DNA from: a virus
DNA: 25,037 bases
Virus genome (UHGV): UHGV-0332389
Direction: 5' to 3' (one strand)
Shown here: one piece after another, positions 8,543 to 16,693 of the stretch
How positions within the stretch are numbered: position 1 is the stretch's first letter
Layout of the letters: each line of letters opens with the position of its first letter
Program-made: the position numbers and the translations under genes
Notes under the pieces: generated by a model
Database searches by the model: none
Seen by the model: only the letters and a program-made list of their open reading frames with translations
Told to the model about the DNA's origin: nothing

Positions 8543-10375
8543 TTACCTAAATCTGGTGTACCCAACATCGTGATTAATATCAATGCCACTGGAACGTGTT
8601 TCCGTAACCCGCATACCTGGTGGCATATTCATAAATGAAACCTTGATCTCGCCATCAACTTTTGGCGCGATAGCTTTGTTAATCATGAAGGGATTCGAGC
8701 CTGTGGCATCGGAGGCGTTGTTTGCCTGAGCCGGATCCACCACCGGATAAGGAGTGTATCCCCGTGGCGGTATTCCCGTCCCATAAGCATCATAAGCACC
8801 CGCGCCCAACTGCGCCGAGTTAATGGCATCGACCGTGTCACCGGAACTGTCGGTAAACCATTCAATAATCGGCTTCAGCTTATCCCACATATCCTGAAAC
8901 CACTTAACAACCGGTCCCCAGTTATTGATCACCATCCCCAGCGGCGACCAGGCAAAAACCTTCTTCAGAAGTTCCCAACCTGCCTCAAAATAAGGACCAA
9001 TGGTTTCCCAGAGCTTCTTGAAATAAGGTCCGACAACATCCCAGTTAGTGATAATTAATCCCGCAGCCAGAGCAATCGCCGTCGCAATCATGCCAATCGG
9101 CGTCATCGACATAATCCTGCTGACAATACTGATGGCACTGCCCACGCCCATCAATCCCAGTTTCAGAATCGCAAGACCGGCAGCAAGCCCGACGACGCCG
9201 CGAATAACCCGGGGATTTTCATCCGCAAACTTCGTGAATTTCTCCCCCAACTCCCCCAGCCATTGTGTGATATTTTTAGCGTCACCAGAAAATGCGCCGC
9301 CAATAGCCGCAAGGCCGTTAGTTGCGGTCCCTGTCATTGCCTCCCACAGGTTGGACAGCGTACCAAGCTGTGCCTGAACACGTTTATTCAGGCTGGCCTG
9401 TTTATTCATCTTCTGCTGGATCTGATCGTAGCCATCCTTTCCTTTATCGATTAGTGCATTGACCACCTGAAGGGTTTCGGCATCATCACCAAATATTGCC
9501 TTAAGTACACCTGTTCGCTTAACGTCGGTCAGTTTTCGCAGCTTTGCCAGTTGCCTGAACATGTTATCAAGACCGCCAAAACTTCCTTTGCCGTCAGTAA
9601 AATCGAGCTGTACCCCGAGTTTCTGGCGGGCCATAACTTTATTAACGTCCCTGATTTTCTTAACGCTTAATCCGGACTGGATAACTTTTCGCAGGGCATT
9701 ACCTGCCGACTCCCCGTTCATCCCCATCTGATCCATCATGACGCTGATGGGGGCAAGGCTCTGTGCAGCCTGAAGACCATCCTTGTTCACCATCTTCAGA
9801 ACAGAACTGGTTTTAGTGAAGAAGGACAACATGTTGGTATCGTCAACGCCCAGATAAAACGCCTTCTGGATAGTGTCGAACAGCCCCATCATGTCTTCTG
9901 ACGCCGTTCCGGTAGCATCCTGCATCTTTGCAGCAAACTCAGCAGCCGCTTCCGGTGTTTTTTTCAGTTGTACCGCAAGATAAGCTGTCGCTTTACCCAC
10001 ACCACCCAGAATGTTTTCTGCCGGGATCCCCTGACGCACCAGCATCTGCATCATGTTCTGGAAATCAGCCGTTGTACCAGGTAGCTGGTTACCCAGGCCA
10101 ATAGCCAGTTTATTGATGTCCTGAAAGCTCTTTCCAACCTCGCCGTTCGCATCCATCATGGCGACTTTCAGCCCGGTGGCGGCGTTTTCCTGATCGGCAT
10201 AAGATTTCAGGGAAAGCGTCAGACCCGCTGCCAGTCCGCCACCAAGCGCCAGCCCACCCTGTGACGCTTCTTCCGCCTGGCGTTTAAATCCCCGGATTTT
10301 CTTTTGCATTTTCGACAGCGCGGGAGAAAGCCTGTCGACACCGGTGATCAACGCCTTAAGCTCAAATTCAGCCAT
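8543..10375 (-). CDS. Tail tape measure protein
   Basis: 610 aa ORF, helical and Gly/Ala-rich with hydrophobic central stretches, directly downstream of the tail assembly chaperone and its frameshift extension. Confidence 0.85.
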   Translation of the reverse strand: MAEFELKALITGVDRLSPALSKMQKKIRGFKRQAEEASQGGLALGGGLAAGLTLSLKSYADQENAATGLKVAMMDANGEVGKSFQDINKLAIGLGNQLPGTTADFQNMMQMLVRQGIPAENILGGVGKATAYLAVQLKKTPEAAAEFAAKMQDATGTASEDMMGLFDTIQKAFYLGVDDTNMLSFFTKTSSVLKMVNKDGLQAAQSLAPISVMMDQMGMNGESAGNALRKVIQSGLSVKKIRDVNKVMARQKLGVQLDFTDGKGSFGGLDNMFRQLAKLRKLTDVKRTGVLKAIFGDDAETLQVVNALIDKGKDGYDQIQQKMNKQASLNKRVQAQLGTLSNLWEAMTGTATNGLAAIGGAFSGDAKNITQWLGELGEKFTKFADENPRVIRGVVGLAAGLAILKLGLMGVGSAISIVSRIMSMTPIGMIATAIALAAGLIITNWDVVGPYFKKLWETIGPYFEAGWELLKKVFAWSPLGMVINNWGPVVKWFQDMWDKLKPIIEWFTDSSGDTVDAINSAQLGAGAYDAYGTGIPPRGYTPYPVVDPAQANNASDATGSNPFMINKAIAPKVDGEIKVSFMNMPPGMRVTETRSSGIDINHDVGYTRFR

Positions 10376-10550
10376 GTGTGCGTTTCTCCTGCTCTATCCT
10401 GTTTGCCTGACTGACCAGTAAGGGAATTTCACTGATCGGCATATTCAGCAATTCGAAAGGATTAATGCGCCAGTAGCTGGCGCAGTCAAAGAAGCGATCA
10501 GTGAGGTATTCAGCCGTCAGGCCTGGAGGAAAAAACCAGCCACAAGCCAC
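10368..10550 (-). CDS. Frameshift extension of the tail assembly chaperone (-1 frame; G-T / E-E'-like fusion product)
   Basis: ORF in the -1 frame overlapping the last codons of the chaperone gene; TTTTTTC slippery heptamer at the overlap; ends overlapping the tape measure start. Confidence 0.6.
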   Translation of the reverse strand: MACGWFFPPGLTAEYLTDRFFDCASYWRINPFELLNMPISEIPLLVSQANRIEQEKRTHG

Positions 10551-10786
10551 GCCGCTGCATTCAGGTCTGCCGGAGACATCTGGTCGACAGAGCTTTGCGG
10601 CACTTTCGCCAGCCGCACAATGTATTTCGACACCACATGCGCCAGAAGTTTGACTGACTCATCCTGATTCATCTGGTAGGGATACCCAAGCTCGCGGACA
10701 TCCTTCCCGGTGGGCTCATCAAACTCCAGTACGGAGAGTGTCTCGCCATGAGCAGTAATCGGTTTCTTTAACTCAAGCTCTTTCAT
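10517..10786 (-). CDS. Tail assembly chaperone
   Basis: 89 aa ORF between tail tube and tape measure, the canonical chaperone position; carries the slippery site near its 3' end. Confidence 0.75.
   Translation of the reverse strand: MKELELKKPITAHGETLSVLEFDEPTGKDVRELGYPYQMNQDESVKLLAHVVSKYIVRLAKVPQSSVDQMSPADLNAAAWLVAGFFLQA
10539..10545 (-). other. Programmed -1 ribosomal frameshift slippery site T_TTT_TTC
   Basis: Minus-strand sequence GCT GGT TTT TTC CTC CAG GCC TGA in the zero frame; a -1 slip reads TTT TTT CCT CCA GGC, continuing into ORF 10368-10550. Confidence 0.6.
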
Positions 10787-11142
10787 TACTGGTAATCCCC
10801 TTCTTCACCGTGGAACTCAAGATCAACCGTACCTTCTTCGGCATTATGGTTCGCTTCGCCGTGCAGCCAGGCAGACGACAGTACATAGACCAGACCGTTC
10901 GCCAGCTCGGCAGTGATGGTCATCTCATCAGACGAGGTGATTTTGTTCACCGGAAAATTCTTCGGCACCTTGAAAGTCCCTTTGACATAAGGCGCACGGT
11001 GAGTTTCCTTGCGGTCCACTGAACCGTCCAGGCCGATGATGTCATCATTGACCGTCCTGTTCATGGGCACCTCAATGCCGCCGGTCAGCGATAGCTGTTG
11101 ACCGTCAATTTTGAAATAACAGGTTCCCCCGATACGGGCCAT
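10786..11142 (-). CDS. Tail tube protein (Mu gpM-like)
   Basis: 118 aa ORF immediately downstream of the sheath gene; start overlaps sheath stop. Confidence 0.8.
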   Translation of the reverse strand: MARIGGTCYFKIDGQQLSLTGGIEVPMNRTVNDDIIGLDGSVDRKETHRAPYVKGTFKVPKNFPVNKITSSDEMTITAELANGLVYVLSSAWLHGEANHNAEEGTVDLEFHGEEGDYQ

Positions 11143-12638
11143 TATGCAGACTCCTCTGAATACTGAAGACGGAACTGGTTAACCACGGCAAAGACACGCA
11201 ACTGGTTAACATAGTCAGGCGGGAACAGCGTGTTCAGGCGGTTCGGATCGCTGGCATCACGCTCCACAACCAGGTACTGCTTAAACAGTTCGTAGTTTTC
11301 CACGATCCCCGCACGCTCAAGCTGACGGTAGGTTGCCAGCAGTTCCCCTTTGATCACCGCCGGGGTGACAATCGCCTGACCGGGACCAAAGCGGGTACCG
11401 TCACTGGCAAGCTTGTGACGCCCGTACTTACTGGTAATGACGGATTTCAGTTTGCGCAGTACATACGCGCTGGTATGCAGAGTCTCACTGTCTAGGTAGC
11501 TGTTATCCGCAACCCCGTAAGCGTTTTTCCTGTACGTGGTGACATCACGCTGAATGCGCAGTACCCCGCTTTCGACATACGCCGTTGCCACGCCATGAGA
11601 CAGCAGGGTCTGTTGTTCGGTCATCGTGAACCGTTTCCCCTTCGGCGCAGGCAGCATACCCACCAGCTCACCGGTCTGCGTGGGACGTGCCGGATCGTTG
11701 CGAATAAACACCGCTGCGCGGGCGGTACGGCTTGCCGCCAGTTCGTCGGCAGGCGTCTGGGTGTCTTTTTCGTACCCCGCCAGGGTAATGTGCTGCTGGT
11801 TAAACTGGTCACCTGCGGTCACCAGTTCTGACAGCGTGCCGATCTTTGCCGTATACACATGGCCATACAGCTGACGCGCATAGCTCCAGCGACCGCTGGT
11901 ATCGTTCATCTCGGTCACCAGCGTGTTAAGGGAGGCCGTGTCGTTGAACGGCAGACCGATATAATCAAACGGCTCATCCGCCATTGCAGCCACCGCGCCG
12001 GTGAGAACCGGAGCGCCCGTTCCGGCGTTCCCCGTCGCCACGGCAATCTGTACGCCCGCTGGCAGCACTTCGCCCCCACCGAAGCCGTAGTAATTGAGGC
12101 TGACAGGAATTTCATTCCCGCAAAGCCCCTTATGACGCGCGGTCAGCGTGACAACACCAGCCGAAGATGAAGCTGTAAACGGCAGAGTCGGAACGGCATT
12201 GATGGCATCCTGGATACTGCTGGCAATCGTCGTGACGTTATCGCCGTTGGTCACCGGAGCCTGCACGCGGGTACGTCCCACATAAACATTCACCGTGCCG
12301 GTTTCGGTTGCCGCGCCGGTCACCGTCAGCGTAACTGTTGCCGCCGCGCCCGTGGATTCAGGAACGGCAATCACATACAGTTCACCAAACGGGTCGGTCT
12401 GGCGATAAGCCTCGACCATACGCGCCAGCTGACTTCCCGCACCACAAATCTGGCGTGCATAGTCTGCCGATGGCATCAGCACCAGACTGTTGGCAACAAT
12501 CTCTGCACCGTTATTGGCATGACCAATCAGCAGCGATGCCCCGCTGTCCTGTGCAGTATTCGCCGCCTGGTTATCCATTTCCGCATAAAACAGCGGAACC
12601 AGCGTATTCGACGGAATGGTGTTAAAGCTTATCGTCAT
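11142..12638 (-). CDS. Contractile tail sheath protein (Mu gpL-like)
   Basis: 498 aa ORF of typical sheath size and composition, followed by the tube gene. Confidence 0.9.
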   Translation of the reverse strand: MTISFNTIPSNTLVPLFYAEMDNQAANTAQDSGASLLIGHANNGAEIVANSLVLMPSADYARQICGAGSQLARMVEAYRQTDPFGELYVIAVPESTGAAATVTLTVTGAATETGTVNVYVGRTRVQAPVTNGDNVTTIASSIQDAINAVPTLPFTASSSAGVVTLTARHKGLCGNEIPVSLNYYGFGGGEVLPAGVQIAVATGNAGTGAPVLTGAVAAMADEPFDYIGLPFNDTASLNTLVTEMNDTSGRWSYARQLYGHVYTAKIGTLSELVTAGDQFNQQHITLAGYEKDTQTPADELAASRTARAAVFIRNDPARPTQTGELVGMLPAPKGKRFTMTEQQTLLSHGVATAYVESGVLRIQRDVTTYRKNAYGVADNSYLDSETLHTSAYVLRKLKSVITSKYGRHKLASDGTRFGPGQAIVTPAVIKGELLATYRQLERAGIVENYELFKQYLVVERDASDPNRLNTLFPPDYVNQLRVFAVVNQFRLQYSEESA

Positions 12639-12792
12639 CGGTATTCACCTTTTTATTCACGCGCCGGATATCACCCGCTGCTTCACGGCGCAGCCAGTAG
12701 TTGTTCTCGTCAACATTTCGCCCTTCGGCGGGCAAAAGGTCGCCGCGGGCAGGGTCAGGAACTGACCGCCCTTTAACAGGTTTGACAAACAT
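12622..12792 (-). CDS. Small conserved phage protein (56 aa, Mu-like gp38 / DUF2635-like), not in the supplied ORF track
   Basis: Manual translation gives MFVKPVKGRSVPDPARGDLLPAEGRNVDENNYWLRREAAGDIRRVNKKVNTDDDKL; it fills the gap between the upstream 186 aa gene and the sheath gene and overlaps the sheath start. Below the 60 aa track cut-off. Confidence 0.5.
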   Translation of the reverse strand: MFVKPVKGRSVPDPARGDLLPAEGRNVDENNYWLRREAAGDIRRVNKKVNTDDDKL

Positions 12793-12800
12793 GAGGATCC

Positions 12801-13361
12801 TCAGGAAGGAAGGGTTATTTCGGTGTGATGTTCGATATCGCCGTCAGGCCCGTTACCGGGCTCGAGATAATCAACATCAATCGCCAGCGTTTGCAGTTCA
12901 TCCAGACTGTTCAGATCATCCTGCTGGCGGGTATCGTCTTCAGTCAGCTCGCTGATGACCGAAAAATCGAACTGATAAATCAGCTCATGACGATTCAGAT
13001 CCAGCAGCGTGCCGCCGTCATAGGTAATCGGGTTACCGCACGCCTCCGGGTTCCAGCCCAGCAGAGCCTTAAAGAGCATCTGCCGGACATCGTCCACCAC
13101 ATCATACGAGGCAAACTGACCGCGCTCATCACGCCCGTTACTCAGTATGACAACCACGGAGAAACCCTCTTTCAGCTCCTGCCAGTAGTCGGTCTGGCTT
13201 TTGTTTTCTCCCGGAGAATCATCACCCGGTACAACATATGCCGCCGGGAGTTTCAGCTTTCCGACCTCCGGCAGATTTTTGAACTGGGCCGCGCCTGCAA
13301 CCCGGTTTTCAAAATACGGACAGCGGGCACGCAGTGCAGCAATAACAGGCGTCAGTTTCAT
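12801..13361 (-). CDS. Tail-associated protein upstream of sheath (Mu-like gp37-type; possible tail terminator or sheath-proximal component)
   Basis: 186 aa ORF in conserved position between head-completion genes and the sheath gene; function assigned by position only. Confidence 0.55.
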   Translation of the reverse strand: MKLTPVIAALRARCPYFENRVAGAAQFKNLPEVGKLKLPAAYVVPGDDSPGENKSQTDYWQELKEGFSVVVILSNGRDERGQFASYDVVDDVRQMLFKALLGWNPEACGNPITYDGGTLLDLNRHELIYQFDFSVISELTEDDTRQQDDLNSLDELQTLAIDVDYLEPGNGPDGDIEHHTEITLPS

Positions 13362-13864
13362 CTGTGTCGTCGCTCCGGCTTCAGTGATTTACGCAATTCC
13401 CGCGCCAGAAAATAGCGTGTCCAGCTGCGGTTCTTTTCAAGCGTTTCCACCATAAAGTTATTACGTGGAGCCAGTCGCCAGCCGCTGCCACCGGATGCAC
13501 CACGATGATGACTGCGACGACGCTTTGCCCCTCGCCTCACGCCATAGAACAAAAAAGCCGGATAAAAATCACCGGTGATACGGCGGTTTCCCTCTCCATT
13601 ACGCTGGTTAGGGGCTATACGTGCCATAAAACCAGGGCGATGTTTACTGGCTCTGGGTACCATGTAACCAATTGAACGAGCCAGGCGTCCGGTCTGATAA
13701 CCGGGGTTTTCACCCGGTGCCGACCGCGCACGGCGCATCACCAGCCGACGGGCATCACGCATATGACGCTGACCAATCGTGACAAACGCCCGCCGGACAC
13801 GGGCGCGGTTAAAGCGCATCTCCGCAGGCTGCTGAAAATCAACGTGCAAAAAGGAAGTCGTCAT
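13358..13864 (-). CDS. Arg-rich virion morphogenesis protein (HK97 gp10-like)
   Basis: 168 aa highly basic ORF at the head-tail junction; start overlaps the stop of the upstream gene. Confidence 0.55.
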   Translation of the reverse strand: MTTSFLHVDFQQPAEMRFNRARVRRAFVTIGQRHMRDARRLVMRRARSAPGENPGYQTGRLARSIGYMVPRASKHRPGFMARIAPNQRNGEGNRRITGDFYPAFLFYGVRRGAKRRRSHHRGASGGSGWRLAPRNNFMVETLEKNRSWTRYFLARELRKSLKPERRHR

Positions 13865-14249
13865 TGTTGCCTCCGTGACTCTGCCTACATTCGCCCAGCT
13901 CCGTACACTCCAGCAGCAGAAAGCGCCGCGCCCCGTTCAGATCGCGCTGACGTTTCACCCGGTACACACTGTCACCGCAGACCACCTCATAATCAGCGGT
14001 GATCCCCCGGCGGTAACGAATGGTGATGTAATGGGTGATGGCGTCCCCGGTCTGCGCGGTTTCCTGCCAGGTGGTGGCACTGGTCTGGATAACCTTCGCC
14101 CATGTCCGGAACGTAACCGGGTATTGAGGCTCCACGCCAAAGTTATCCGCGGGCATATCCACCCGCTGGCGGATCAGGACGCGTTTATTCAGTTCACCGG
14201 GGTCCGGCAGAATGTAGGTTGCGCTGGTCTGCGCCTGACGAATTTTCAT
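13839..14249 (-). CDS. Head-tail joining / head closure protein
   Basis: 136 aa ORF after the connector gene with ATGA start/stop overlap. Confidence 0.6.
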   Translation of the reverse strand: MKIRQAQTSATYILPDPGELNKRVLIRQRVDMPADNFGVEPQYPVTFRTWAKVIQTSATTWQETAQTGDAITHYITIRYRRGITADYEVVCGDSVYRVKRQRDLNGARRFLLLECTELGECRQSHGGNNDDFLFAR

Positions 14250-14569
14250 TGCGGAAAGTACCTGTACGGGCCGACAAGCCAGCCAAAACTCTGCGGCATG
14301 TCGAGTTTCTCCACTTCCGTAACCGACGAGCGGTTTTCGTAAAAATGGCTGATAAGCATCAGCATCCCCAGGCGAATATCATCCGGCAGGTGCAGCCCGT
14401 CCGGATCGCTGTCCGGAATGGTTTCATCCGGTGCATAGAGCTTCCGGTTCAGATACGTTTCCGTCCGCTTTTGTGCCGCACAGGCCAGCAGTTGCAGATG
14501 GCGGTCATCAGCATCGAAATCCTCATCCAGCCGGAGTTGGGCTTTAATCTCTTCCATTGTCAGAAGCAT
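14246..14569 (-). CDS. Head-tail connector (gp6-like adaptor)
   Basis: 107 aa acidic ORF downstream of the capsid gene; MLLTMEEIKAQLRLDEDFDADD resembles gp6-like adaptors. Confidence 0.65.
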   Translation of the reverse strand: MLLTMEEIKAQLRLDEDFDADDRHLQLLACAAQKRTETYLNRKLYAPDETIPDSDPDGLHLPDDIRLGMLMLISHFYENRSSVTEVEKLDMPQSFGWLVGPYRYFPQ

Positions 14570-14571
14570 AC

Positions 14572-14772
14572 TCAGCCCTCTTTACTGGTCGTGGCTTTTT
14601 TCTCTTTTGTCGCTTTACTGCTTTTTGCACTGGTTCCGCGCTCTGCTAACCCGGCCTGAAGTGCAATCTCCTGCACCCGGGCAGGAAGCGCCCCGTCGCC
14701 ATACTCACCGGCCCGAATGACCTCAACACGCATACCGTCCGGTGACCATTTCAGATCTTGTTTCAGGATCAT
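14572..14772 (-). CDS. Small Lys-rich hypothetical protein between capsid and connector
   Basis: 66 aa ORF with AGGTGA Shine-Dalgarno 8 nt upstream; its stop lies 2 nt before the connector ATG. Confidence 0.5.
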   Translation of the reverse strand: MILKQDLKWSPDGMRVEVIRAGEYGDGALPARVQEIALQAGLAERGTSAKSSKATKEKKATTSKEG

Positions 14773-14795
14773 GATTCTTTCACCTGTCAGAACAG

Positions 14796-14815
14796 GGGGC
14801 GCGGTTCCGCGCCCC
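14796..14815 (-). terminator. GC-rich perfect hairpin immediately downstream of the major capsid gene (attenuator or RNA-stabilising stem-loop)
   Basis: Minus-strand GGGGCGCGG-AA-CCGCGCCCC (9 bp stem, 2 nt loop) then CTGTTCT; begins 8 nt after the capsid stop. Confidence 0.45.
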
Positions 14816-14822
14816 TGAATGA

Positions 14823-16028
14823 TTACGCCGCAGCAATCTTCAGCAGTTTGATGGCCTGCGAATCGACCAGCATGCCGCCGGTGCGCTTGGTGGTATAAAA
14901 ACCGACAAACGGTTTATTGGTGTACGGATCGCGAAGAATGCGGGTACCGATACGGTCAACGATGGTGTAACCCCGTTTGAAGTTACCAAATGCAATGGCT
15001 TTCGCATCAGCGGCGATATCCGGCATCTGCTCGTTTTCAGCGATACCGTAACCCGCCAGAGAGGATGGCTGCCCCAGTTCCAGCCCCGGACGCCACAGAT
15101 AGTTACCCTCGGTGTCTTTCAGCAGACGAATGGCAAACAGGCTGTTGTTGTTCATCATGAACTTCGCACCGGTGCGATGTGCCTTACGCAGCGTGTAAAT
15201 CAGTTTGATAATGGCATCAGCGGTCACTGCCGTCGCTTCACCGGATACAATATGCTGAAGTTTGCCAAACGCCCGGACCTTGTCGGTTTCATCCGTGGAT
15301 TCATACGCCAGGAACCCTTTCGGCTTCTTGGTGCCATCGCCGGAGGTAAAGGCAATTTCTTCCTGTTCGGCAAATTCGGTTGCCAGCTCGCTGTTGATCC
15401 AGGCCTCCACGTTGAAGAAGGCATCGTCCAGCATTTTCTGGGTGGCCTGCGGGTTGCCGTAGATTTCCCCCATGAGAGGTTCAATCAGCTCCAGTCTAGA
15501 GGTGGCAGTCTGGGATCGCGTATCCGTTTCCCCCACCCATCCGGAAGCCGTGCCGCCCAGATTCACCAGTTTTTTGTAGTCGGAACCGCCAACGGTGATC
15601 ACCGTGGCTTCCTGACGCATCACCACTTCATCTTTCAGCAGGTTGAGAATGTTGCGATCCAGTTCTTCCGGCACGGCGTAGCCACCGTCTTCATCGGTGC
15701 CCACCTGCAATGCCTTACGCTCCAGATCGCGCAGACCGTCTTCACGGCCTTTACGCAGGAAACCCACAAAAGCCTCTTTATGCTCCGTGGCCAGTTTATT
15801 TTGCACACCACCTGCCGGACGTTTCAGCTCAAGCAGCTCTTTTTCAAGATCGCTTTTGAGATTTTCCAGCTCGCTGAGTTTCCCGTTCAGGGTTTCCACC
15901 TGCCCGGCAAGCTTGCCTTTTTCCTGCTCAATCGCATCCACGCGCTTGTCGTTCTTTGCTTTGAAGTCGTCAAACTTCTGCTGCAGCTCCTGCGCGACCT
16001 GTTCGACATCTTTAATATCAACCGCCAT
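14823..16028 (-). CDS. Major capsid protein, HK97 family
   Basis: 401 aa ORF with coiled-coil N-terminal delta-domain-like region (LNGKLSELENLKSDLEKELLELK) followed by the capsid body; AGGAG Shine-Dalgarno 8 nt upstream. Confidence 0.9.
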   Translation of the reverse strand: MAVDIKDVEQVAQELQQKFDDFKAKNDKRVDAIEQEKGKLAGQVETLNGKLSELENLKSDLEKELLELKRPAGGVQNKLATEHKEAFVGFLRKGREDGLRDLERKALQVGTDEDGGYAVPEELDRNILNLLKDEVVMRQEATVITVGGSDYKKLVNLGGTASGWVGETDTRSQTATSRLELIEPLMGEIYGNPQATQKMLDDAFFNVEAWINSELATEFAEQEEIAFTSGDGTKKPKGFLAYESTDETDKVRAFGKLQHIVSGEATAVTADAIIKLIYTLRKAHRTGAKFMMNNNSLFAIRLLKDTEGNYLWRPGLELGQPSSLAGYGIAENEQMPDIAADAKAIAFGNFKRGYTIVDRIGTRILRDPYTNKPFVGFYTTKRTGGMLVDSQAIKLLKIAAA

Positions 16029-16042
16029 CGTATTTCTCCTGA

Positions 16043-16693
16043 TTAGAAGTTCAGATTTTTCAGTGCATTCAGTGCAGAGCCCACATCCTCAGCGTCGCGC
16101 AGGGACAGTGCGCCATAGCCCCCGGCCATGAATGCTTTGGCCTGGGTACGGGAGAGTCCGACATCACGCAGGACTCTTTCGATTTTTTTCTGTTCGGGGA
16201 TTTCCCCGCGGGCCAGCGCGTTCTTGACGTCGCTGATCCGCGCCTCGTCGTTAGACGGAAACGTCACCAGACTGACTTCCCAGAGGTCGATTTCTTTCAG
16301 CAGAAAGGCTTCTTTCGTCCGGTCGTATTCCCAGTCCTTCAGGACGTACCCAATAGAAAGGCCGGTTAACGAACCGGCCTTCATGTGTGCATGTGCGCGT
16401 TTTGCCAGAGGATCATCATCAATGAGCAACCGCTCCCTGACGTAAAGCCCGACATCGTCTTCCTTCATTTCGGTGTAAACACCGATGGGCTCATCCATGC
16501 GGTGCTGCCAGAGCAGCGCAGGTAACGCTTTTCTGTCACTCCACGCCCGCAGGGAAGCAGCAAATGCCCCGGACATCACCACATCATCGTGGCTGTCCTT
16601 TACACCAAAGACGGAGCCATACCCTTCAAACTCACCGGAGTCACTGACAGATTTCAGACTCAGCGGTACATCAAGACGTTGTTTCGTCTGCAT
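16043..16693 (-). CDS. Prohead protease, HK97 family
   Basis: MQTKQRLDVPLSLKSVSDSGEFEGYGSVFGVKDSHDDVV... Start placed at the internal ATG with AAGGA Shine-Dalgarno 8 nt upstream rather than the tracked start at 16729, which has no ribosome-binding site. Confidence 0.85.
   Translation of the reverse strand: MQTKQRLDVPLSLKSVSDSGEFEGYGSVFGVKDSHDDVVMSGAFAASLRAWSDRKALPALLWQHRMDEPIGVYTEMKEDDVGLYVRERLLIDDDPLAKRAHAHMKAGSLTGLSIGYVLKDWEYDRTKEAFLLKEIDLWEVSLVTFPSNDEARISDVKNALARGEIPEQKKIERVLRDVGLSRTQAKAFMAGGYGALSLRDAEDVGSALNALKNLNF

Noticed and set aside
15177-16046. 289 aa plus-strand ORF antisense to the major capsid gene, and similar long antisense ORFs such as 17061-17897, 12825-13415, 13875-14342, 6776-7273, 5277-5621 and 364-645
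   Set aside because: They lie opposite strongly supported, tightly packed structural genes, have low-complexity Arg/Pro/His-rich translations and no ribosome-binding sites. High GC content produces long stop-free antisense frames by chance.
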